Source: Centroscyllium fabricii
Lineage: Eukaryota
Assembly: GCA_051313645.2 (NCBI GenBank)
Contig: JBNRSN020000002.1
Span: 519,684,001-519,748,000, forward strand
Direction: 5' to 3'
Length of the DNA: 64,000 bases
Part shown: piece after piece, positions 1-13,323 of the stretch
Layout: the number at the start of each line of letters is the position of its first letter
Position numbering within the stretch: position 1 is the stretch's first letter
The notes under the pieces: generated by a model
Seen by the model: only the letters and a program-made list of their open reading frames with translations
The model's database searches: none
What the model was told of the DNA's origin: nothing
Made by a program: the position numbers and the translations under genes

Positions 1-81
1 ACATACTCATGGGCAATTTTTAGTATTTCCAATTCACCTGACCTGGGTGGTGGGAGGAAACCGGAGTACCCGGAGGAAACC
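1..81 (-). mobile_element. tRNA-derived V-SINE/HE1-like SINE, 3' part (split by the Gypsy element; head continues at 7111-7230)
   Basis: gggaggaaaccggagtacccggaggaaacc continues as cacacaaacatggggagaacatgcaaactcc at 7111. Same subfamily as the copy at 61957-62342. Confidence 0.8.
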
Positions 82-3000
82 TGTAGAGTCCGTGCTATGT
101 GTCTATTATAACAACGGACTAGACTCCAAGGTATAAAACAAGGAGGTGTTTATTCTACATTACAGAGTCTGGAACTGAGCATATCGCTCCACGTACGAAC
201 TTATATACACTTGTGGTAGACTGCGGTACTGCAGGATTACGGCACTACACAAAGTAGTGCCCAGTATTATTTCTTAAAGGCACATACACAACATTCCTCC
301 CCTCTTAATTTACCTTTACGGTTACAATGTTTTAGAATACGAGGGGACTAACAATGAACGATTTATACAACAGTAAAATATGTACATGTTTAAAGGTTCA
401 GTCTCTGAGGGGGTTTGCGGTCTCTTGCCGGATACCGTCTTCTAACGGCCGGTGTGGCAGTGGTCCTTGATGACTCACTGTCCACGTCTACCTCTGCTAG
501 ACCATCCTCAAGCGTCTCGTCTTCTGTGTTAGTGTCTTGGGAAATCAGCTGTTCTGTCGGTACCGTGGTCTGAGGCAACTCTTTAGTGGCTACGGTAGCC
601 TTCACGATTTGATCAGCGTGTCTTCTAATTTGTCCCTCTGGTGTGTCCACAGTGTATGATAATGGCCTGCCATTTATCATTTCTATAGTCTCTGGCCATT
701 ACATCTTGATCCACATCGAAGCTCCCGCTTTCCCTGTCAGAAGCTCTTTGGAACATTCGGTTTTCCACATCTCGTCTGATGTTAGGTTGTAACAGATCCA
801 GTCTGTTGCGCAATCTCCTATTAAAAAAACAAGACTGCAGGCGCTTGATTAGTTACTGCGTGGGCAACATTACGGTACGCAAATAGGAAATTATCAATTT
901 TGTGTTGTAAATCCAACTTTCCTTCCCCCCGTGGCCTTGATGGCCTTTTTGAACGTCTGGACGAACCTTTCGGCCAATCCATTAGTGGCCGGGTGATACG
1001 GCGCTGACCTATAATGTCGTATTCTGTTCCTTTTCAGGAACGATTGAAACTCTTCAGAAACGAATTGAGGTCCATTATCTGAGCAGATTTGTTTCGGAAC
1101 GCCATTTCTGGCGAACATGGTCCGGAGAACCGTGATTGTCTTCTCCGCTGTGGTGGAGGACATTTTTATGACCTCTGGCCATTTGGAATGAGCGTCCACT
1201 ACCACAAGGAACATGGCGTCTATAAATGGCCCAGTGAAATCAATGTGAATCCTTTGCCACGGCGATGATGGCCACTCCCAAGGGTATAGGGGTGCCTGGG
1301 GACCATCTGGCAACCTGAACATTCTTTTGCCAGTTGTTCGATGTCTCTGTCGATTCCCGGCCACCACACATATGCTCTGGCTAGGGAATTCATCTTTGAC
1401 CCCGCCCAAGTGTCCTTCGTGTAGATCACTTAAGATTTTCTTTCTTAATTTGAGTGGAATCACCACTCTGGCCCCGCACATTAGCATGCCCCGGCAGACC
1501 GACAACTGGTCTTTTCTTGATACGTAAGCTGGCCATAGGTTCAGATCCTCCCTGGACCAACCTTTTGTCGCGATGCTGTGAATTTTTGACAGGATGGGGT
1601 CATTCCTTGTTTCCCTTTCTATTTGCTGGCTGGTAACGGGTAATTGTTCCACCACTGCCGTGTGATACAGTTCTGAAGGATCTTGTTGTCCCCCCCTCTC
1701 CTGTTTCTGGCAAGGGTAACCAAGACAGGCCATCCGCATTGCCATGCTGCTTGGTTCCCTTGTGTTCGATGGTGTACTGGTGTGCACCTAAGAACAATGC
1801 CCATCGCTGCAGCCTCTGAGCTGTCATCTGGGGTACCCCTTTTTCTGGGTGAAATATTGAGACCAAGGGTTGGTGGTCAATTAATAGTGAATTTTTGCCC
1901 ATGTAAGTAGTGATGAAACTTTTTCACTCCCCACACCAGGCTGAGTGCTTCTCGGTCTATCTGGGCGTAATTTTTCTCTGCTGTAGTGAGTGATTTAGAC
2001 GCAAATGCGATTGGTCTTTCTGAACCATCTCGACATTTGTGAGATAGCACCGCACCAATGCCATACGGGGATGCATCACACGCCAATCTGATGGGTAAGC
2101 TGGGATCAAAATGAACCAACACCTCTTTGGAGGTGATCATGTTTTTACTTTTCAGAAAAGCTGCCTCACGGGTTTTCTCCCACCTCCAGGGTGTTCCCGC
2201 TTGGAGTAGTGCATTGAGTGGATATAGCACTGTTGATAAGTTGGGTTGAAACTTGTGGTAATAATTTATGAGGCCCAGGAATGACCGTAACTGGGAAATG
2301 TTTTCTGGGTGTGGGGCATTTACAACGGCCGCAATCTTGTCTGGCGATGTATGGAGACCCTCGCTATCTATTTCGTGACCGCAATATGAAATGCGGTCTT
2401 TGAAGAATTCGCACTTTTGTTTGTTGGCCCGCAGACCATACTCTTTTAGTCTCTCTAATACCATTTCTGGATTGGCCAAATGTTCCCCATCCGTTTTTCC
2501 CGTTACTAGAATGTCATCCAGGTAGCATTGTGTTCCTGGAATACCCTGCAATACCTGGTCCATGGCCCTCTGCCATATGGCTGGAGCTGACGCAATCCCG
2601 AATACCATTCGGTTGTATTGATACAGCCTTTTATGTGTATTAATGGTCAGCAGCTCCTGGAATCCTGTTCCACCTCCATTTGTAAGTACGCTTGCGAAAG
2701 GTCAATCTTACAAAAGTGTTTCCCACCTGCTAAAGAAGCAAAAATGTCTTCAATTCTTGGTAATGGGTACTGTACAACCTTCAGAACAGGATTAACGGTC
2801 ATTTTGAAGTCCCCGCAAATGCGGACTTTTTTCTGTTGCCCCTTTTTGTGCTGTGTTTTTTTTATAACTGGCACAATGGGCGTTGCCCACTCGCTCCATT
2901 TGACCTTCGACAAGACCCCTTCTGCCTCTAAAGCCTCTAACTCTGCCTCCACAGACGGTCTTATGGCGTATGGTACCGGCCGTGCTTTCACAAATTGTGG

Positions 3001-3547
3001 TGTGTGCAATCATCACTTTAGCACTAATGTTTTTTAATTTCCCCAGCCCAGGCTGGAAAACCTCTGGGTTTTTCTCTAATATTGTAGTTAGTCTCCCAGC
3101 AACCAATGGTCTATCGTCGGTCTTATTCGAAACCTGGAGCTTGTTTATTGTACTCCAGTTGAGGTGGATCCTCCTGATCCATTCCTGCCCCAGAAGTGGT
3201 GCTCCACCATCCCTCAGGACATATAGGTATAGTCCCTTTACTTCTTTGTCTTTATATTGGACTGTTACGGGCAGCCTCCCCATTGTCCGAAATTTCTGTC
3301 CCGTATGTTTTTACAATAACCGGGGATTCTAATAAAGGCCTCTAAATGCCTTTTTGTAAACTTTTTCATTGATAACGGAGAGTGCTGACCCCGTATCTAA
3401 TTCCATTGTTATCTCAACTCCCGCAACTTTGAAGGGAACCAACATAACACTGCGGTCTGTAGAATTGACCATATTGTGGACTTTGAGACTTCCGAGACCC
3501 CATTCTTCTCTATTTGAATTTTCTGATTCGTTACCCAAACCATCTTC

Positions 3548-3953
3548 GAAACATAGAAACATAGAAGATAGGAGCAGGAGTAGGCCATTCAGCCCTTCGA
3601 GCCTGCTCCGCCATTCAATGAGATTATGGCTGATCATCCAAACCCAGCACCCCGCCCCTGCCCTCTCCCCACATCCCTCGATCCCTATCGAGCCTACACC
3701 GACACATATCCCACCCTATCCCCGTAACCCCACATATTCAATCCCCCTAACACTAAGGGTCAATTTATCATGGCCAATCAACCTAACCCGCACATCTTTG
3801 GACTGTGGGAGGAAACCGGAGCACCCGGAGGAAACCCACGCAGACACGGGGAGAATGTGCAAACTCCACACAGATAGTACCTGAGGCTGGATTTGAACCC
3901 GGGTCTCCAGAGCTGTGAGGCAACAGTGCTAACCACTATGCCACCGTGCCGCC
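3548..3953 (-). mobile_element. HE1/V-SINE-like SINE inserted in the Gypsy gag-pol region
   Basis: tRNA-like head with A/B boxes (ggcacggtggcatagtggttagc...gggttcaaatcc), central V-like domain, CR1-derived 3' tail ending in (ttctatgt)n. Confidence 0.9.
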
Positions 3954-5104
3954 CTCTTCAGAGAGTTTGTGTAATTTCTTAGACCTGGTCTGTTTCTGTA
4001 ATGTTTTAGGTAGCTTCCCAGATCTGCAAACCGCCGCTATGTGGCCTATCTTGCCGCACTGTCGACAGTCTTTATCTTTAGCCCAACACCTGCTCTGGTC
4101 GTGCGTGGTCTTGCCACGGGTAGCACTTTTTAGTGCGAGTTGTAATTTCATGGGTATCGTGGTAGATCCCGTTGTTTCTTATCTCTGCTGCCCCCACAGC
4201 AGCTGCCTCATGTGCTGCTGCGGTTTCTATTGCCTGCTCCAGCGTGAGCGTCTTTTTGGCTAATAGTCTCTTTTGGGTAGATTCATCCAAAATTCCACAC
4301 ACAAATCTGTTCTTTAAATAGTTTGGTAGCTCATCCCCAAATTCACAGTTCTTAGACAGTCTTCTGAGTTCCGTTAAGTACTCTGAGTGTGACTCTCCTT
4401 TTAGTTGGTCCCGTTTAAAGAACTTGAAGCATTCTGCTATAAATGGGGGTTTGGGGTTTAAGTTTGCTTTTAGAATGTCTATAATCTGTTGTAGCGTTTT
4501 GTCCGCTGGCTTATCTGGGGACACCAGGGTTCTCAACAACCCGTAGGTTTCAGACCCCATTGCATTCAGCAGGGTGCTGGCTTTGTTTGCCTCAGTGACT
4601 GCCTGTACTTGGCAATAAATGTCAAAGTGTTCTCGGTATGCCTCCTAGTCTTCCTTTTCTGGTTGGAAGGCCCCGAATGTGTTTGATCTTGCCATGTTTA
4701 AATTTCCCAATGCGTCCAAAATGGCGTCTTTTCCCGACTTTTTGCTTCTCTTCCGGCCCTTTTCCCGCCTCAAAATGGCGTTTTCCCGCCTTTTTATTTC
4801 TCTTCCGGCGCTGAGTTTCCAATTACCCGCGATCGCTGGGAAGGATTACACTCTACCTGCACTCGCCCGTTGTCCCATGGCTGGAGGACCAACCCTGATC
4901 CTCGGCAGCTTCCATGTACGACTGTCTCTGCCGCGCTGGCTCTCTTCTGCTGACGTCCGACTGCCGCTGCCGTTGTCTACCTCTCTTTCAACGTCCGACT
5001 GCCGCTGCCGTCGTCTACCTCTCGTTCGACGTCCGATGTCCGACTGCTGCTGCAGCACTGGCTCTGCCTCGAAGTCGATGTCCGATGTCCAGCTGCCGTT
5101 GTTA

Positions 5105-6585
5105 AATTCGAGTTAAATGACTCCGAGGTTAAATTCCTCCTGTATGCAGATGATCTGGTTCTGCTGTCACCGACAGAGGAGGGTCAACAGCAGAACCTTG
5201 ATCGGCTGGAGTCGTTCTGCCAGAATTGGGCCTTGAAAATAAACCCCCAAAAAACTAAAGTTCTTGTGTTCCAGCAAAGATCCAGACATCAGGGAACCAA
5301 AATAAACTTCACACTAGGAGCAACAAAAATTGAACAAACTACAAACTACACATACTTAGGCTTAAAAATCAGTTCCACGGGAAATTTTCACTTGGCTGTG
5401 AATGAACTGAAAGAGAAAGCTAAAAGGGCATTCTATGCCATTAAGAAGTCAATCCAAATAGAAATTCCACCTGGCATTTGGATCAAAATTTTTAATTCAG
5501 TAATTGAACCAATCGCACTTTATGGCAGTGAGGTGTGGGGTCTGCTAACACACCACGAATTTGCAAAATGGTACAAACACCCAATTGAGACCCTACATGC
5601 TGAATTCTGTAAGAGTATCCTCCGGACTCAGGAAAACCACAAACAATGCATGCAGGGCAGAGTTAGGCTGATATCCACAATTAATATCCAAAAAAGAGCC
5701 ATCAAATTCTGGAAACATCTAAAACTGAGCAACCCCCACAGCTATCACTACAAAGCCCTGAAATGCCAAGAAGCGAACATAAAGAGAAGTCCCCTCAGCC
5801 AACTGGTCCTGGGACTTAGCGAAGTAACTACTAACACTATTGGTAACAACCAACTTAGCAAAGTAACTGCTAACACTATTGGTAACAACCAGCCCCAGGA
5901 CAGTGACATCCTAGCACTCAGAATCCGACCCAACGCAATTATTACTAAACAAAGAGAAAAATACTGGACAGAAATGACAGAAACCCAAAACAAACTAGAT
6001 TGTTATTTGGCCCTAAACAGACAGTACACCATGGCTGATTACCTGACTATGGTGAAAGATAGCAAACAGAGAAAAATCCTGACAATGTACAGACTTAGTG
6101 AGCACAGCCTAGCCATCGAAAAAGGCAGACACAGAAAGACTTGGCTGCCCAGAGAGGAAAGGCTATGCTCCCACTGCAGTCAGGGAGTGGTGGAGACAGA
6201 GCTGCATTTCCTCACAACTTGCGAAAACTATCAGGGCATAAGGGGGAATTTCGACCCAAAATTTGTAACAACATGCCCTGAATTCAAAAATTTGAACGAC
6301 CACCAAAAACTCCCATATCTATTGGGGGAACAGAGGGACTGTATAAAATTAGCAGCTAACTAAGTCACAGCTTGCCATAAGCAGAGGGACAACCAGTGAC
6401 CACTGAAGCTAGGAAGAGCATACGAGATCTATATGCGGGTATATATGCATGTGTTTGCATAGTTATCCATTCACTATGTCTAGTTATGCATTTGTATGTC
6501 CAATTGTATATGTCCTTTTTCTGTGCTTTGGCAACATAAGATGTATCTTGTCATGCCAATAAAGCAATTTGAATTGAATTGAATT
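5105..6585 (+). mobile_element. 5'-truncated LINE, RSg-1/RTE-X-like, inserted in the Gypsy 5' untranslated region
   Basis: FLLYADDL at ~5133, ORF 5233-6363 with YLGL and a C-terminal RLSEHSLAIEKGR...RLCxxC...ETELHFLxxC motif. 3' end aataaagcaat(ttgaa)n. ttgtta occurs at both junctions. Confidence 0.85.
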
Positions 6586-7110
6586 GTTATGCTGGGTCCC
6601 CGCGTTCTGCGGTCTACCTGCCATTGCTGAGCTGGGTCCCCGATTTCTGCTGCTTCCAACACTCTTGTCAACGCTTCTCTCTGCGATGTTGAAGAGCTGG
6701 CTGTCTCTGATAGTGCCAACGCCACTCCCAGTGTTGGAGTGCTGGCTGTCTCTGCGTCACTGGAGAATCGCTGCCGCTCCCTCTTTTGGAGTGCAGGGTG
6801 TGTCGTTGTAGTCAATGGTCGCTGGTAAGAATTTATTTTTATTTTTCTTGTAAACCGATTACACTGCTGTGGATTCGACCAACCTCGTCGCAATTGTTGA
6901 GTCCGTGCTATGTATCTATTATACAACGGACTAGACTCCAAGGTATAAAACGAGGAGGTGTTTATTCTACATTACAGAGTCTGGAACTGAGCATATCGCT
7001 CCACGTACGAACTTATATACACTTGTGGTAGAACGCGGTACTGCAGTATAACGGTACTACACAAAGTAGTGCCCAGTATTATTTCTTAAAGGCACATACA
7101 CAACAAAAGC

Positions 7111-7230
7111 CACACAAACATGGGGAGAACATGCAAACTCCACACAGAGGGGTCCCGGGCCAAGCAGGATTCAAACCCAGGAGCTCCTTATTGCAAGGCA
7201 GCAGTGCTAATCACTGCACCACCGTGTTGT
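7111..7230 (-). mobile_element. SINE head (5' part of the SINE at 1-81)
   Basis: Reverse complement of the tRNA-like head: gcagtgctaatcactgcaccaccgtg. Confidence 0.75.
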
Positions 7231-7304
7231 CCTGGTATCGAAAGAAAGAAACATTTTCCATTTATTTTCAGCTTATCCCTGTCACTGTCCCCCGCCCTGT
7301 CCCC

Positions 7305-7887
7305 CTTTCTTGGGCTAAAGCTGCAGAAGGATTTGCTTCACTCCTCAAATTTGCTGAAAGCCATTCTTGCTGCTCTGCCCAAGAAGTTCTGCACCTCCAT
7401 ATTCTGCATACCACCTTTCTACAAAAAAGGCAAGAGTCCACTAAGCAAGCAGACATCCGGGACATGTTTAGGAAAGCTTCCAAAAGAGTTGAAGCAGTAG
7501 AAGTGCCTGAAGAATCTGTTGAAGTGCATGATCCTGATGACCCAGCTGACTTGGATATTTCTGATGAACCCGCTGACTTGGAATAAGTGTCCAGTCAACC
7601 ACAGTACTTTATACTGTACAGTCGTTTATAAGTTTTGTTTTACTGTTAAGTAATTGAAGAGTTATGGATTACCCTCAACTGGCAGTACTGTACTTAATCA
7701 AGCATCTTCCACCATCCATTTAACACAATATTCTGTAGGTGAGTACCCAATTACTGTATACTGCACATTTCTTGATTTTTTTAATTTTTGTTTGTTAAAA
7801 ATAGCCTCGGTAGATAAACTTCTCCGTCATCCGGAATTTTTGATTAACCAGCAACACGTCAGTGCCGGATACCAAAGAGTTTCCTGT
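7305..7887 (+). mobile_element. Tigger/pogo-like transposon 3' remnant
   Basis: Basic/acidic tail resembling a transposase C-terminus (KRQESTKQADIRDMF...) followed by an AT-rich stretch and a Tigger-type end ccggataccaaagagtttcctg|ta. Confidence 0.45.
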
Positions 7888-8727
7888 ACTCATAAAATCC
7901 TTTAAAGTTGTTCTTGATATTCCTTGCAAGTTTTCCTTTTTGCAGCTCTTACCACTTTCTCCAGATACAGGGTGGGGAGGAGGACCGGTAGGGGAGGGGG
8001 TCCGAGCGTGGAGGGGGACAAGAGGGGGGGAAGCGGGACAGGGCGGGGGACAGTGACAGGGATAAGCTGAAAATAAATGGAAAATGTTTCTTTCTATACC
8101 AGGTCACCGTTTACCACCCCCCATCCGACCTCACATACGTGGAGGCATTGCCTCAAGAAGCAGGACCACGTTATAGCAAGCAATGAAAGAGGAGCTGCAT
8201 GGAGGCAAGATCTACACCTCCCATCCTAGTGAGTGTCCTCTGGGATCAGCCTGTGTGCTATCCCATAGAGCAGGCTCTGTTTGCACTGTCCAGGAGCATG
8301 GCCAGGCCCACAAGCAGCACTGCTCTCTGTCTAACAGAGTAATATTTATCGAGAGCAATGACTGATGGAAAATATGTCACCAGTCATCCCTCTCGGTGCA
8401 AGTGCAATGAGAAAGGAATTTCCAGTCCATTTGCTGCAAGCATCAAGAAATTATGATGTAATCAAACTCCTGACTGCCGGTTTAGCAAATCCTTTGTACA
8501 CACATTGATATTTTCAATGACAAAATCGTGTTAATTTAATCTAAGGTATTTGATTCACTTTCTCCCACACAAGCCACTGCTAGCCAGTGGGCTATTCTCT
8601 AAAGAAGCCTTAGCCAACGTTCAAGGATTAACTGACTCCAGTCTATATGACTCGTTAGGTAGTAGTTGTGAGATGCTAGTTCTGGAAGTAGTTAGTCAGA
8701 ATATTTTGTTATCAGACAACCCTGAGG

Positions 8728-9566
8728 GGACTGGGAGTGTGTGGGAGTGAGAGGACTGGGAATGTGTTGGGGTGAGGGAACTGGGAATGTGAGGGGACTG
8801 GGAATGTGTGGGAATGAGAGGACTGGGAATGTGTTGGGGTGAGGGGACTGGGAATGTGTGGGGACTGGGAATGTGTGGGAGTGAGAGGACTGGGAATGTG
8901 TGGGAGTGAGGGGACTGTGGGAGTGAGGGGACTGTGGGAGTGAGGGGACTGTGGGAGTGAGGGGACTGTGGGAGTGAGGGGACTGTGAGTGTGAGGGGAC
9001 TGTGAGTGTGAGGGGACTGTGAGTGTGAGGGGACTGTGAGTGTGAGGGGACTGTGAGTGTGAGGGGACTGGGAATGTGTGGGAATGAGAGGACTGGGAAT
9101 GTGTTGGGGTGAGGGGACTGGGAATGTGTGGGGACTGGGAATGTGTGGGAGTGAGAGGACTGGGAATGTGTGGGAGTGAGGGGACTGTGAGTGAGGGGAC
9201 TGTGAGTGAGGGGACTGTGAGTGTGAGGGGACTGTGAGTGTGAGGGGACTGAGAGTGTGAGGGGACTGGGAATGTGTGGGAATGAGAGGACTGGGAATGT
9301 GTTGGGGTGAGGGGACTGGGAATGTGTGGGGACTGGGAATGTGTGGGGACTGGGAATGTGTGGGAGTGAGAGGACTGGGAATGTGTGGGAGTGAGAGGAC
9401 TGTGAGTGTGAGGGGACTGTGAGTGTGAGTGTGAGGGGACTGTGAGTGTGAGGGGACTGGGAATGTGTGGGAGTGAGGACTGGGAATGTGTGGGAGTGAG
9501 GACTGGGAATGTGTTGGAGTGAGAGGACTGGGAATGTGAGGGGACTGGCAAATCTGGGAATGTGTG
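8728..9566. repeat. G-rich compound minisatellite (gggactgggaatgtgtgggagtga / gggactgtgagtgtga units)
   Basis: Directly visible tandem units. Accounts for the low-complexity ORFs 8692-9573 and 8712-9650. Confidence 0.95.
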
Positions 9567-11777
9567 GAAGCACTCCTGGGAATGTTTTTTGGAGACAGGT
9601 GCTCCTGATCTTACAAACCAGTCAAATGTTTTTTCTGGGCCACTGACCAATCACCATCCAGATGATGAGAGGGTAGCTGGACCTTTGTCTGCTGCTTGAA
9701 AGCTGGCAGCCGGGAAGTGCTGAAAGCAACCTCCGCTACTACCCTCGCCCAGGGACATGCTGAGCTCATTCCTCGCACCTTCCCATGGCAGCAGGGCCCA
9801 GCCTGGGAACTGTGTGAAGGGCGTAAAGGTACTTTTTGGCAGCTTAAAAGGAGGGATCATTGTATAACTGGAGGATGAGCAATCCAGACTGACCCCGGAG
9901 TGATGGATCAGAAACCTGCGGCAAGGACAGCCGATTGCAGCGAGTAAAGCACAAGGGAATACATTCTGGGCATTTCTCACTCTTGGAGTAAGCTTTTGGA
10001 AGAAGTTGTCCAAATTCTCAGTTGTGAACCTTAAAGCGCAGAGAATAAAAGTCCTGGTCTGTGTGTGTTGCCCAGGAGAGGCCCTAGTGGACCCATGGCC
10101 CCCTCCTCCACAGCCTTTCTGGCTCTCACTCTCTCCCCTCGCCCCACCTAAGGGGAGATCATTGGCAGGCTGCTCTGTCCTGAGAAGTGGTGTATTGACA
10201 GAGGCTGTGGGTTCAGTGTTTTGTCAGCAAAGTCTGACATACACTGATTTTAAAAGTATAAAGAGTCTGTTTTGGCTCCCAGAGTGGAGCAGATTCCTAC
10301 AATATAGAACCTGCAGTGATCGCCCTCCTCATTTTAATCAAAACACAGGAATCCATTTCAAGTGAGTGGACCAAGTCTGAACGTAGCAATAATGTCTAAG
10401 TGAATATCAGGGTGAAGCATTCCTTTATTCAGGCCTCTCTTGCTCAGGGGTACCTGTTTGTACGTGTTTATAAAGCGTAGGGCGATAAAATGGATAAATG
10501 ATCAGGATGCTGCAGACAGCTGGACATCTGGCAGGATGGTCAGAACCACACTGTGTGACTTTACACACCTGACATGTCCCATCAGGCTCACTGCGTAAGA
10601 ACATGTTAATGGGAGCAGGAGTAGGACATTTAGCCCTTCGAGCCCGCTCCGCCATTCAATAAGACCATGGCTGATCTTCTACCTCAACTCCACTTTCCTG
10701 TACTGTCCCCATATCACTCGGGTCCCTTAGCATCCAAAAATCTCTCAATCTCTGTCTTGAATATACTGAATGACTGAGCGTCCACAGCCCTCTGGGATAG
10801 AGAATTCCAAAGATTCACACCCACTTGAGTGAAGAAATTTCTCCTCATCTCTGTCCTAAATAGCCATCCTGAGGCTTTGACCCTTAGTTCTAGACTCCCC
10901 AGCCAGGGGAAACATCCTCCCTGCATCTCCCGTCAAGCCCCTTAGGAATTGTATACGTTTCAATGAGATCACACAGAGTCATAGAGTTTTACAGCACAGA
11001 AAGAGGCCCTTCAGCCCATCGTGTCCGCGCCGGCCATCAAGCCCTGTCTATTCTAATCCTATTTTCCTGCATTTGGTCCTCTCATTCTTGTAAGCTGTCG
11101 GCAATATAGGCCCATTCTACTCAATCTCACCTCATAGGACAATCCCCCCCACCCCAATCCCAGGAATCAATCTCGTGAACCTTTGTTGCACTCCCTTTAT
11201 GGCAAGTATATCCTTCCTTGGGTAAGGAGACCAAAACTGTACACAGTACTTAAGGTGTGGTCTCACCAAGGCCCTGTATAATTGCAGTAAGACTTGTTTA
11301 CCCTTATATGCCAATCCTTTCGTAATAAAGACTAACATACCATTTGCTTTCCTAATTGCTTGCTGTACCTACATATTAACTTTCAGTGATTCGCATACAA
11401 GGACACCCAGGTACTTATGAATACCAACATTTCCCAATCGCTCACCACTTAAAAAATATTCTGCTTTTCTATTTTTCCTACCAAAGTGAATAATTTTGAA
11501 TATTAAGGGAATCAAGGGATATGGGGATAGCGCAGGAAAGTGGAGATGAGGTAGAAGATCAGCCATGATCTTATTGAATGGTGGAGCAGGCTCGAGGGGC
11601 CTAATGGCTGACTCCTGCTCCTATTTCTTATGCTTTTCACATTTCTCCACATTATAGTCCATCTGCCACGTTCTTGCCCACTCACCTAACCTGTCAACAT
11701 CCCTTTGCAGACTCTTTGCCTCCTCCTCACAACTTGCATTCCCACCCAGCTTTGTATCATCAGCAAACTTGGATATA

Positions 11778-12785
11778 CAGGTTGAGCACTGAAAATCCAG
11801 TAACCAAAAAGCCGGCAACTTCAGTCGCCCGGCACAAATTGCCCCGCAGATCATTCGTCGAAGCCTCAATCGCGGTGGCCATTTTGCGCATGCGCAGGGC
11901 GACAAGACAGGAGAGGACAGGCGAGAGGAGCAGAGCCCAGTCCAGCCTTTGATCAGCCAGCAGGCCCGGCACACTCACACTCACCGTCCCGATGATTTCA
12001 GGAGACGCCGACCTCATGGAAGGCAGCAGCGACTTGGACTCGGGAGGCCGAGAGTTCCGGCACCTCAGAGGAGGAGGCCTTCTCCGACCTGTCGGATGAG
12101 GAGCAGATGCCCCACATCGGTGTTTACCGCGCGCCCTCAACCGCGCTTGAAACGGGGACAGGTCCTGCCTGGCTGGCCTTGATTGTGGGGTGGTGTGGGG
12201 TGGGGGGGAGGGTGGCAGGAGGTTTGTGATTGGTGGAATGGCCTGTCAATCCCATGGCTGAGGGGAGGGGAGGGTGGGAGGAGCCTTGTGATTGGTGAAG
12301 CAGCCTGTCAATCCTGCGGCTAGGGTGATAGCAGGCTTGTGATTGGTGGAGCAGCCTGTCAATCCTGCGGCTTAGGGTGATAGGAGGTTTGTGATTGGTG
12401 GAGAGGCCTGTCAATCCCGTGGCTGGTGGGGAACAGGAGGCTTATGATTGGTGAAGCAGCCTGTCAATCCTGTGGCATGATGTGGAGGTGCCGGTGTTGG
12501 ACTGGGGTGGACAATTGTAAGAAGTCACACAACACCAGTTATAGTCCAACAGTTTTATTTGAAAGCTTGGTGATTTCAAATAAAACTGTTGGACTATAAC
12601 CTGGTGTTGTGTGAATCCTGTGGCAAGGAGAGGGAGGCGATTTTGTGATTGCAATGTTATGCGCATGCGCACGGCCATTTTGAATGGCGCACGCATGCGC
12701 ACTGGCCAGCTTCATTCTTCTGTTTTTTTCGCTATACCGGCCCGGGCCCAGTCCCGCCCGTGCCGGTATAACGGTGCTCAACCTG
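11778..12785. mobile_element. Tigger/pogo-type MITE, long variant with internal ~58-bp degenerate repeats
   Basis: TIRs CAGGTTGAGCAC...GTGCTCAACCTG, flanked by TA, inserted in a CR1 RT region. Confidence 0.9.
12478..12613. mobile_element. Penelope-like pLTR fold-back fragment inside the MITE
   Basis: 12-bp TSD aatcctgtggca (12466-12477 and 12614-12625), ~40-bp inverted arms, same sequence family as 32421 and 48790. Confidence 0.8.
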
Positions 12786-13323
12786 TATTACATTTGGTCC
12801 CCTCATTGATATAGGCCCAAGCACTGATCCTTGCAGTACCCCATTAATCTGCCAACCTGAAAATGATCCATTTATTCCTACGCTCTGTTTTCTGTCCGTT
12901 AACCAATCCTCAATCCATGCTGATATATTACCCCAATCCCATGAACCCTAATTTTGTGTAATAATCTCTTGTGTGACCTTTATTGAATGCTTTCTGAAAA
13001 CCCAAATACACTACATCAACTGGTTTCTCCTTAGCTACCCTGCTAGTTACAATCTCAAAAAACTAACAGATTTGTCAAACACAATTTCCCTTTCAATCCA
13101 TGTTTACTCTGCCCAATCATATTATGATTTTCTAAGTGCCCTGTTACCATATTCCTAATAATAGATTTTAGCATTTTCCCTACTACTGATGCCAGGCTAA
13201 CTGATCTATAATTCCCTGTTTTCTCTCTTCCCCCTTTTTTGAATACATTTGCTGCTTTCCAATCCATGGGGACTGTTCTAAAATCTAGGGAATTCTGGAA
13301 GATCAAAACCAATGCATCCACTG

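Larger units (their letters stand above)
82..7105 (-). mobile_element. Gypsy/Ty3 LTR retrotransposon (Mag-like), degenerate; LTRs 82-293 and 6895-7105
   Basis: Paired ~212-bp TG...CA LTRs. 5-bp TSD aaacc/aaagc. PPT at ~294-311 and a PBS-like t(t)gcgacgagg next to the right LTR. Frameshifted gag (4078-4560), protease (DTGS), RT (YLDD, 1877-2608), RNase H (LACDAS) and integrase (WQRIHIDF, SDNGPQF). Confidence 0.95.

Noticed and set aside
3880-3953. tRNA-like sequences with A/B boxes (also at 25340, 28060, 29695, 33813)
   Set aside because: They are SINE heads continuous with SINE bodies, not stand-alone tRNA genes.
8692-9650. His/Ser/Pro-rich ORFs
   Set aside because: Produced by the G-rich minisatellite.
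8100-10365. Coding-looking unique sequence, weakly like a Harbinger transposase (RKEFPVHLLQA)
   Set aside because: Similarity too weak and fragmented, with no termini identified.
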